Positions 1-7,610 of a DNA stretch of 64,000 nt are shown here, piece by piece. The first letter of the stretch is position 1. The number at the start of each line of letters is the position of its first letter. The stretch covers positions 2,468 to 66,467 of the forward strand of contig CAMJXE010000007.1 in NCBI GenBank assembly GCA_946409645.1. Direction: 5' to 3'. The position numbers and the translations under genes are program-made. Source of the DNA: an uncultured Bacteroidales bacterium. Lineage in GTDB: Bacteria; Bacteroidota; Bacteroidia; Bacteroidales; WCHB1-69. The notes below the pieces were generated by a model. The model was given only the letters and a program-made list of their open reading frames with translations. It was not told the DNA's origin and did no database searches.

Positions 1-742
1 CTACAGAATACCCGGACTCCTCCAGTTCTTCACGTGTCATCTGCCTTTCGGCAAACTTTTTGTACAACTCTTTTTCATCATCATTTTCTGGACTAGACCA
101 AATTACTTTTCCGTCTTTCCGCTCATAGAGTGCCACATACACACCGTTGGTGAAATTGTATTCGTTTTCGCTTCTTCCATTCTTCCCTATCCATTTGCCT
201 GTATAAAAACCGTCATCATCGAATTGCCCTTTCAAATAGTCATTCAAAACAAATGATCCAACTAACACTCCATTTGAGAAGTTCGCAGAAATCGAATACG
301 TTTTTTTTCCATCTGTAGTTCTCGTCATTTTCCATGCACCGTGCGGCATACCGTCCTTGAAGTTGGCAGTCAGAGAAGAAATGGATGTCCCTTTTTTGGA
401 GGCCGTACTTTCTGTGTTGGTTACGGTAACTGTCAGAGTGCCATCTAACCATCCGTCCTTGAAATTAGCGCTAGCCGAGTATTTTGTGGAACTTGTCACA
501 TACTCTTTTAGGGTGCGGCTCCAGTATTTCGATCTTGTTTCAGAAGCGTTGACCGAATATTTCCCATGTTTTACGTAGTCACCGTTACTACCTTCGTAGT
601 AGGTGTACGTTAATGTACCTGGAACTCCACAGGAAGTTTCATAATTTTTGTTTGTATACGTTTTCAATTGCTGTCCATAGGATAGAAAAGAACAGAACAC
701 TAACACTAATGCTAATGTAATGGTTTTAAAGATGTTTTTCAT
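1..742 (-). CDS. Secreted protein with MORN-variant/YwqK-like beta repeats (3' end runs off the window)
   Basis: Not in the ORF track. My translation from ATG 742 gives MKNIFKTITLALVLVFCSFLSYGQ (signal peptide), then repeats ANFKDGWLDG, ANFKDGMPHG, ANFSNGVLVG, YNFTNGVYV. The frame is open to the window edge. Confidence 0.75.
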   Translation of the reverse strand, partial: MKNIFKTITLALVLVFCSFLSYGQQLKTYTNKNYETSCGVPGTLTYTYYEGSNGDYVKHGKYSVNASETRSKYWSRTLKEYVTSSTKYSASANFKDGWLDGTLTVTVTNTESTASKKGTSISSLTANFKDGMPHGAWKMTRTTDGKKTYSISANFSNGVLVGSFVLNDYLKGQFDDDGFYTGKWIGKNGRSENEYNFTNGVYVALYERKDGKVIWSSPENDDEKELYKKFAERQMTREELEESGYSV

Positions 743-759
743 ATTTAATTATATTTGAG

Positions 760-855
760 TTACTTTTTATTTGTTTGTTTGTTATCATTCATGGGCTTTG
801 GGCTTTCCTCTTTTGGGATGATGTATTCACCCGAAATTGCTGATTTTGCTGCCAT
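760..855 (-). CDS. 31-aa small ORF, possibly a gene remnant
   Basis: MAAKSAISGEYIIPKEESPKPMNDNKQTNKK*; AT-rich upstream region and a near-consensus promoter (TAATATTG, ~891-898). Confidence 0.3.
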   Translation of the reverse strand: MAAKSAISGEYIIPKEESPKPMNDNKQTNKK

Positions 856-961
856 AACTATGATTTTTCAAGTTTAGATTTTAATATGCGCAATATTAGA
901 AAAAAATCAATCGTCGATCGGATAACACGTGTCGCCAATTCAGCCACACTTTTGTCGCTAA

Positions 962-1177
962 TCATACTACGCCTATGGTTTTGGAACACTCCAAAAGAAA
1001 ATCGTGATGCAACAGTTTAGAAATCCTTATCAACAATTGCAAATCGATGGTCTCCTTGCTCAGAATCTTATACACATTAGTTCGATCGGTATGTATCGCC
1101 TTGGCAAACCATGTCACCGTTCTGCCCTGCGCCTTCAACTCGGCTTTGAGCATGTTTCCTATGTGTAGCGATTCCAT
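962..1177 (-). CDS. XRE/Cro-C1-type HTH transcriptional regulator (71 aa)
   Basis: MESLHIGNMLKAELKAQGRTVTWFAKAIHTDRTNVYKIL...IDLQLLIRISKLLHHDF, typical small Bacteroidales XRE protein; start trimmed to ATG 1177. Confidence 0.85.
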   Translation of the reverse strand: MESLHIGNMLKAELKAQGRTVTWFAKAIHTDRTNVYKILSKETIDLQLLIRISKLLHHDFLLECSKTIGVV

Positions 1178-1192
1178 TTGACTTGATTGCAT

Positions 1193-1365
1193 AAAAAAAG
1201 CGTGGAACTTATTCCTTGCTTGAGCTTCGGGTTTCCACGCCCACACATCTAACAAGTCATTCCACGCCGTATTACTACGGCATTTATAACTCTCCTTGAT
1301 GTGTTTTTGTCCTCTTTCGAGGACGTTGTGGAAATTGAAGCTCAAGGATAGCCACAAACGCTATC
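1193..1365 (-). ncRNA. Candidate structured leader RNA / attenuator upstream of the XRE gene
   Basis: Nested complementary segments, two hairpins closed by GNRA loops on the minus strand (GAAA, GUAA), and a 3' helix followed by U7. Confidence 0.6.
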
Positions 1366-1435
1366 TATTATGTATGTCTTATTTTATTTTTCTTTTTGTA
1401 CTAATTTATTGAACTTTAATAATATTTCAAAAGAG

Positions 1436-2278
1436 TTATTTTTCTGTTTTTTCCAATAAATCCTTCGCACTCACTTCCATTTTGCAGAAGGCGAACCACT
1501 TCCGTCCCAAATCTTTCAGTGAAGCACCTATATGATAGACTTCGTGGTCAATCATCAAAAACCGGTCGTGCGACCTGTCGAACTTGCGGATTTCTATCGG
1601 CTTGTATTGTTTGTTGTGCCTGTCAATGTCAAGTTTGAGCTTGGCATCCACTGACTTTGTATATATTGTGGCTTGAACTCCAGTCTGTCTCTTGTCAAGC
1701 AGGAGCAATACCGTATCGTCAATGTAGTTGTCAATCAAGACAATGCTCTTCTTCGCGCTGCGTATCAGATTGGATGCAAAAGTGTAGGCATCAAACACTT
1801 GCCCATCATAGAAGATTCCTTGTACGGGTGGCAAAGAGGTGCGGACAAAGAAATCGATTTTTTCTTCGGTTTGAGCCATTCGGTTCTCTAACCGTTCTAT
1901 ACGACTATTGATGGAATAACCCCGTAGCAGATAATCTTTTAGTACGCGGTTTGCCCACTGACGGAATTGTGTGCCACGGATGCTTTTCACACGATAACCA
2001 ACTGAAATGATGACATCAAGATTGTAGAACAAAACACGTCTGGTTATCTGACGGGAGCCTTCTTGTTGAACTGTCAAGTATTCCTTGACAGTTGCATCCC
2101 TCAACAATTCACCTTCTTTATATATATTGTTGATGTGCAGACTAATATTCTGCTTGGTGGCATTAAAGAGAATGGCCATTTGCTATTGGTTTAGCCACAC
2201 GGTTTCCTCTTCAAGCCTTACCTCCAACTTGACTTCTTCATTTGGCTGATAAAGTACTATTTCGTTCTTGGGTTCCAT
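1436..2278 (-). pseudogene. RhuM-family DNA-binding protein with PLD-like C-terminal domain, interrupted by an in-frame TAG
   Basis: From ATG 2278: MEPKNEIVLYQPNEEVKLEVRLEEETVWLNQ*QMAILF, with TAG at 2183-2185. RhuM motif YNLDVIISVGYRVKS.RGTQFRQWA; C-terminal LIDNYID...HDRFLMID...IGASLKDLG. Confidence 0.8.
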
Positions 2279-2381
2279 GGTTTAGTAGGTCTGATGAATT
2301 CTACTCTATTTCTTTTCTGTTTTTATTGATTCTTTGATTTTGACGTTCTATGATAGCCACAAATGCTATCAATTAGACGAT

Positions 2382-2407
2382 GTGCGGGCGAATATATTCG
2401 CCCACAC
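2382..2407. repeat. REP-like palindrome / hairpin just 3' of ileS
   Basis: GTGCGGGCGAATATATTCGCCCACAC. Confidence 0.55.
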
Positions 2408-2419
2408 ACCGTCGTTACA

Positions 2420-5400
2420 TTACAATCTCTCAATCTTCACCCTAATCTTCACATCCTCCAGATCTATCTCCACGCCGTCGGAAACCGTGTCGGCAATGGT
2501 CAGGGAGGTGCAGAGGGTCTCGTTGCAGATGTGCTGCTCGAAGGCCTTCAACGCGGGGGTGATGACTTCGTTGTCCTCCACCATGACGGCGATCTTGTCC
2601 AGCACCTCGAAGTTGTTCTCCTTGCGGTAGGTCTGCACTAACTTCACGAACTCGCGGGCGTAACCCTCGTTCTTCAGCTCCTCGGAGACCTCGATGTCCA
2701 AAGCCACGGTCAGCGCACCGAAGTTGGCCACCACCCAGCCGGGGATGTCCTGCGCCTGGATCTCCACGTCGTCGGTGGTGATCTCCACGGGCTGACCCTC
2801 GATCTCGAACCTCATCACGCCCTCTTTCTCCAACTGCGCGATCTCCTGCTGCGAGAAGCCGGTGATTTTGGCGGCCACGAGCTTCATAATCTTGCCGTAT
2901 TTCGGTCCCAACTTCTTGAAATCAGGTTTGATACGCTTCACGAAGACGCCGTCCTCGTTGCTGACGAACACCAACTCCTTGACGTTGACCTCGTGCAGAA
3001 TCAGATCCTGCACCAACGAGATCTGCTGTTTGAAATGCTCGTCCATCACGGGAATCATGATCTTGGAGAGCGGCTGACGCACTTTCAGGTTGGTCTTCTT
3101 ACGCAAAGCCAACACCATGGAGCTAAACTGCTGCGCAAGCTGCATACGCTCCTCCAACTCCTTGTCAATCAGCTCCTCGTGTACCTCGGGATAGTCGGCC
3201 AAATGCACGGACTCGAAGGCTTCCTTGCCGGTGACACGGTTGAGGTCCTGATAGAGCTTGTCCATGAAGAACGGCGCGATGGGCGAGGCAATCTTGGCGA
3301 TAGTCTCCAAGCAGGTGTAGAGCGTCTGGTAGGCGGAAATTTTGTCTTCGCTGTATTCGCCTTTCCAGAAGCGGCGGCGACAGAGACGCACGTACCAATT
3401 GCTGAGGTAAGCGTCCGTAAAGTCCTGAATCTCACGACCCACCTTGGTCGGCTCGTAGTCGATGTAGTTCTCCTGACAGTGCTTCACCAACGTGTTCAGC
3501 TCGGAGAGAATCCAACGGTCGATTTCGGGACGTTTTGCGAACGGAATCTCGTCCTCCTTATATGTAAAACCGTCAATATTGGCATATAATGCGAAGAAAT
3601 TGTAGGTGTTGAACAGCGTGCCGAAGAACTTGCGCTGCACCTCGCCGATGCCGGCCTCGTCGAATTTGAGGTTGTCCCACGGTTGCGCATTGGTGATCAT
3701 GTACCAGCGGGTCGCGTCGGGACCGTATTTGTGGATGATCTCGAAAGGATCAACGGCATTGCCCAACCGCTTGGACATCTTGTTGCCGTTCTTATCGAGC
3801 ACCAAACCATTGGAAATCACAGACTTGAAAGCCACACTGTCGAACAGCATCGTGGCGATGGCGTGCAACGTGAAGAACCAGCCGCGCGTCTGATCCACAC
3901 CCTCCGCGATGAAGTCGGCGGGGAAGTTGGTCTTGAAGAATTCCTTGTTCTCGAACGGGTAGTGCAGCTGGCTGTACGGCATAGAGCCGGAGTCGAACCA
4001 GACATCGATGAGGTCGCTCTCGCGGTACATCTTCTGGCCCGACGGGGAAACCAGCACGATGCTATCGACGTAGGGTTTGTGCAGGTCGATGTTGTTGTCG
4101 TAGTTCTCCTGCGACATATCGTTGACCTTGAAGTTCTTATACGGATTCTCGGTCATAAAGCCGACGGCAATGGACTTGTCGATTTCGGCCATCAGCTGTT
4201 CGATGGAACCGATGCAGATCTGCTCTTTCTTGTCCTCGGTGGTCCAGATGGGCAGCGGCACGCCCCAGAAGCGGGAGCGGGAGAGGTTCCAATCGACCAG
4301 GTTTTCGAGCCAGTTGCCGAAACGGCCGGAGCCGGTGGCGGCGGGCTTCCACTTGATGGTCTTGTTCAGTTCCATCATACGCTCTTTGTACGCCGTGGTC
4401 TTGATGAACCAGGAGTCGAGCGGATAGTAGAGCACGGGTTTGTCGGTGCGCCAGCAGTGCGGGTAGTTGTGGGTGTGCTTTTCGCTCTTGAAAAGCTTGC
4501 CCTGCTCCTTCAGCATCACCACGATATCGACGTCCAAGGATTTGTCCTTCTCCGTCTTGGTCGGGTCGTAGGCGTTCTTCACGAACTGGCCGGCGTAGGG
4601 ACGATAGGCCTCCACGTCCATACAGTTTTGGACAAATTCGGGGTCGAGGTCTTCAATGCGGTAGAACTTGCCGGTGCGATCGACCATCGGCTGGCGGATG
4701 CCGTCCTTGTCGATCATCACGAGCGGCGGGATGCCGGCGGCGGCGGCCACGCGCTTGTCGTCGGCACCGAAGGTCGGAGCGATGTGCACGATACCGGTAC
4801 CGTCTTCCGTGGTCACATAGTCGCCGGGGATGATGCGGAACGCGCCCTCGCCGGGGTTCACCCACGGGATGAGCTGCTCGTAGGAGATGCCCACGAGGTC
4901 CTTGCCCTTGAATTCCTTCACGACCTCCGGGGCCTCTTTGAACATCGTGCCCACCAACGCCTTGGCCATCAGGATGTAGCAAGGCTGTTCGGTGTAAGGA
5001 TGCACGGTCTTCAGCATCACATAGTCGATGTTCGGACCCACGCACAACGCCGTGTTGCTCGGCAAAGTCCACGGGGTGGTCGTCCACGCAATGGCGTATG
5101 TGGGCATCGGGTCGTTGCCGTTAATGGACAAATTGTCGTTGCCGTTCACCAATTTGAACAGGGCCACGCAGGTCAAATCTTTCACATCGCGGTAGCAGCC
5201 GGGCAGGTTGAGCTCGTGGGAGCTGAGGCCGGTGCCGGCGGCGGGGGAATAGGGCTGGATGGAGTAGCCCTTACAGAGCAGACCTTTCTTGTAAAGCTCT
5301 GAAAGCAAATACCATACAGTTTCGATATACTTGTTGTCGAAGGTGATGTAAGGGTGTTCGAGATCGACCCAGTAGCCCATTTCGCGGGTGAGGTCGTCCC

Positions 5401-5791
5401 ATTTGTCCTTGAATTTCATCACCTCGCGGCGGCAGGCCTTGTTGTAGTCCTCCACGGAGATCTTCTTGCCGATGTCCTCCTTGGTGATGCCGAGGGTTTT
5501 CTCCACGCCAAGCTCCACGGGCAGTCCGTGTGTGTCCCAGCCGCCCTTACGTCCGACGTACTTGCCGGTGAGGGTCTGGTAGCGGCAGACGATGTCCTTG
5601 ATGGTGCGGGCCATCACGTGGTGGATGCCGGGCATACCGTTTGCGGACGGCGGTCCCTCAAAGAAAACGAACCGTTCGTGTCCCTCGCGGGTCGATAGAC
5701 TCTTGGCGAAGATGTCATTGTCTTCCCAATATTTTCTCATTTCCTCCCCAAGGGCAGGGAGATTAAGACCTTTGTATTCAGTATATTTCAT
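2420..5791 (-). CDS. ileS: Isoleucyl-tRNA synthetase, type 2
   Basis: EGPPSANGMPGIHH (HIGH variant), GWDTHGLPVE, WTTTPWTL, GTGIVH, KMSKR; no C-terminal Zn finger; start trimmed to ATG 5791. Confidence 0.97.
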   Translation of the reverse strand: MKYTEYKGLNLPALGEEMRKYWEDNDIFAKSLSTREGHERFVFFEGPPSANGMPGIHHVMARTIKDIVCRYQTLTGKYVGRKGGWDTHGLPVELGVEKTLGITKEDIGKKISVEDYNKACRREVMKFKDKWDDLTREMGYWVDLEHPYITFDNKYIETVWYLLSELYKKGLLCKGYSIQPYSPAAGTGLSSHELNLPGCYRDVKDLTCVALFKLVNGNDNLSINGNDPMPTYAIAWTTTPWTLPSNTALCVGPNIDYVMLKTVHPYTEQPCYILMAKALVGTMFKEAPEVVKEFKGKDLVGISYEQLIPWVNPGEGAFRIIPGDYVTTEDGTGIVHIAPTFGADDKRVAAAAGIPPLVMIDKDGIRQPMVDRTGKFYRIEDLDPEFVQNCMDVEAYRPYAGQFVKNAYDPTKTEKDKSLDVDIVVMLKEQGKLFKSEKHTHNYPHCWRTDKPVLYYPLDSWFIKTTAYKERMMELNKTIKWKPAATGSGRFGNWLENLVDWNLSRSRFWGVPLPIWTTEDKKEQICIGSIEQLMAEIDKSIAVGFMTENPYKNFKVNDMSQENYDNNIDLHKPYVDSIVLVSPSGQKMYRESDLIDVWFDSGSMPYSQLHYPFENKEFFKTNFPADFIAEGVDQTRGWFFTLHAIATMLFDSVAFKSVISNGLVLDKNGNKMSKRLGNAVDPFEIIHKYGPDATRWYMITNAQPWDNLKFDEAGIGEVQRKFFGTLFNTYNFFALYANIDGFTYKEDEIPFAKRPEIDRWILSELNTLVKHCQENYIDYEPTKVGREIQDFTDAYLSNWYVRLCRRRFWKGEYSEDKISAYQTLYTCLETIAKIASPIAPFFMDKLYQDLNRVTGKEAFESVHLADYPEVHEELIDKELEERMQLAQQFSSMVLALRKKTNLKVRQPLSKIMIPVMDEHFKQQISLVQDLILHEVNVKELVFVSNEDGVFVKRIKPDFKKLGPKYGKIMKLVAAKITGFSQQEIAQLEKEGVMRFEIEGQPVEITTDDVEIQAQDIPGWVVANFGALTVALDIEVSEELKNEGYAREFVKLVQTYRKENNFEVLDKIAVMVEDNEVITPALKAFEQHICNETLCTSLTIADTVSDGVEIDLEDVKIRVKIERL

Positions 5792-5819
5792 CGAAGTATA
5801 GATTTTTCCAAAAAACTGG

Positions 5820-5907
5820 CAAAGATACAAAAATTTAGGGATTGGGGTGCTATGAATCGTAGAGACGAAAAAATTTGCGTCTCCATTTGTGATTTTTTGT
5901 ATTTTTG
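5820..5907. promoter_or_regulatory. Divergent Bacteroidota -7 promoter boxes for ileS (-) and the TA pair (+), with a REP-like hairpin between them
   Basis: caaagata 5820-5827 (TATCTTTG on minus); TATTTTTG 5900-5907; GTAGAGACG...CGTCTC 5859-5883. Confidence 0.65.
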
Positions 5908-5930
5908 CACTCTAAAATTTTAAATTCAAA

Positions 5931-6218
5931 ATGAAGACAAAAAAGTACAAATCCAAAGAAAAGCCCCTGCCCCAAGCGGAAGAGCCTGTCGCCACCTACA
6001 GTACGACGGCTGCCATCAGTAACGATGCTGTCATATCAAGTCTGACACCTGAATCTTCAGTTGAAAAACCGGAAGAGTTTGACGCTTGTTATGCCAAATT
6101 GAAAGCGGAAGCCGATGCAATTTTCGGTGTCAAGAAACGGATGACGGTGGATGAATATTTCGGAAAACTTCGTTACATGGTGAACGCGTATTATGACAAC
6201 GTACAAGATCAGGATTGA
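5931..6218 (+). CDS. Putative antitoxin of a RelE/ParE-type TA pair
   Basis: Small protein overlapping the downstream toxin start; EEPVATY and MTVDEYF motifs shared with 47237..47443. Confidence 0.65.
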   Translation: MKTKKYKSKEKPLPQAEEPVATYSTTAAISNDAVISSLTPESSVEKPEEFDACYAKLKAEADAIFGVKKRMTVDEYFGKLRYMVNAYYDNVQDQD

Positions 6219-6501
6219 CGATTCCGCAGAGTCTGATTTAAGACATCTTTTCGACTTCCTCATCAACGTAATGTCACGCGATGGGGCAAATCGTTATATT
6301 GACATGATAACGAACGAGGTTCTTTCTCTGTCCATTTTAGCCAACGTATATTCTCCCAGCCAATATGCTGACATCCGCCGTTACCATCCCCAAGCCCGCC
6401 GCATGGTGTCGCACAACAAGCGGTGGGTCTATATCTTTCACATAGAGGATGACAGTGTTATAATTGACAGGATTCTCCCGGCAAAACTGATAACGAAATA
6501 G
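6193..6501 (+). CDS. RelE/ParE-family toxin
   Basis: 102 aa; YKIRIDDSAESDLRHLFDFL...WVYIFHIEDDSVIIDRIL. Confidence 0.8.
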   Translation: MTTYKIRIDDSAESDLRHLFDFLINVMSRDGANRYIDMITNEVLSLSILANVYSPSQYADIRRYHPQARRMVSHNKRWVYIFHIEDDSVIIDRILPAKLITK

Positions 6502-6518
6502 GGAAACTCCACCTCCTT

Positions 6519-7397
6519 TCAATACTCATAAACGAATGAGATGGAATCATCCATGGGTTCCCCATTCAACGTAAACGTCTGGGTCTCCTTCACAGGATAG
6601 TTGTCCTCATATTCGTAGTGGCTACGGGAGGAATAGGAAATGCTTCCTTTTTTGCTGGTAGAAGTCAGCACATTGTTCTTGTTACCGCAGAAAGCGCCAC
6701 TAGCGGTGGTATTGAAAGCATACATGCCTAAAAAACCTTTGAAAGGATTCTCTTTGTTATCGTAGGAGTATCGGGTCACCTCTTGCGCTGTTGAGAAGCC
6801 CGAGGTCCTCACCTTGGTGATGTTGTCGCCAGTCCAAGTCAGTTCCATAGTAAGTGTCTCCATCATATCACCCCCTTTGGTCTCTCTCATGCGATTTGCC
6901 ACAAGATGCTCAATGTTGTCACAAACCTGGGGCAAAAGGAACTTTAACGGATTGATAAGGACTTTTTCATTCGTCAAATGATCATAATCAATGACAACCC
7001 TCACCTTTCCAACCTTACTCCCTTTATATTCAAAGGAATAGGTGACCAATGGTTCGTTATCATTATCCTGAAATACATCAATATGGTCAATCTTTTCCCC
7101 ATCATAGCTGAACGTGGCATACGATGATTCATTGCGCATTGTAGTCAGACGATTGCCGTCATAATAAAACGAATTGGTGGTGGAAACAATTCCGTCCGAA
7201 TAAAAATCTATGGAAGAGAGCAGGTCTCCGTTCCAGTTCCATACTTGTTGAAGATTCTGGACACCGTTTCCCACGAGGTATATCTTTTGGAGTTTCTTGG
7301 AAGGATTGAAAACACCGTCCTCACCCTGGTCCCTGTTGCAGGCGGAGAACAAAGCCACAACAGCCATACAGAGGCAAAAAACAATACTCTTTTTCAT
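6519..7397 (-). CDS. Lipoprotein with YD-like beta-hairpin repeats
   Basis: Lipobox LFSA-C; repeats WNGDLLSSI, YDGNRLT, YDGEKID, YSYDNKENPF; ends FVYEY. Confidence 0.75.
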   Translation of the reverse strand: MKKSIVFCLCMAVVALFSACNRDQGEDGVFNPSKKLQKIYLVGNGVQNLQQVWNWNGDLLSSIDFYSDGIVSTTNSFYYDGNRLTTMRNESSYATFSYDGEKIDHIDVFQDNDNEPLVTYSFEYKGSKVGKVRVVIDYDHLTNEKVLINPLKFLLPQVCDNIEHLVANRMRETKGGDMMETLTMELTWTGDNITKVRTSGFSTAQEVTRYSYDNKENPFKGFLGMYAFNTTASGAFCGNKNNVLTSTSKKGSISYSSRSHYEYEDNYPVKETQTFTLNGEPMDDSISFVYEY

Positions 7398-7610
7398 AAC
7401 CAATAATTTTTAATGTGAACGATGCCGCAAAGATACATTTTTCGATTCAAAAAATACCTCTTCCAAAATAAAAAAACCATTATCGTAACAACATATAAAT
7501 CAACCACTTATACCCCCCCCCGAAAGCATAAAAAAATCGCACTTTTTTTGCAATTATTTTGGCGCAATTTCGTTATAAAATTAAAATATGTTCATTTAAA
7601 AACCCGAATT

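Noticed and set aside
2183-2185. Stop-codon reassignment (TAG to Gln)
   Set aside because: TAG terminates several conserved genes at their expected ends; only one internal case seen.
3683-5302. 539-aa + strand ORF and other long antisense ORFs (33962..35491, 43728..44582, 57080..57925, 60525..61394)
   Set aside because: They are shadows of well-supported genes on the opposite strand, caused by codon bias, and have no recognisable motifs.
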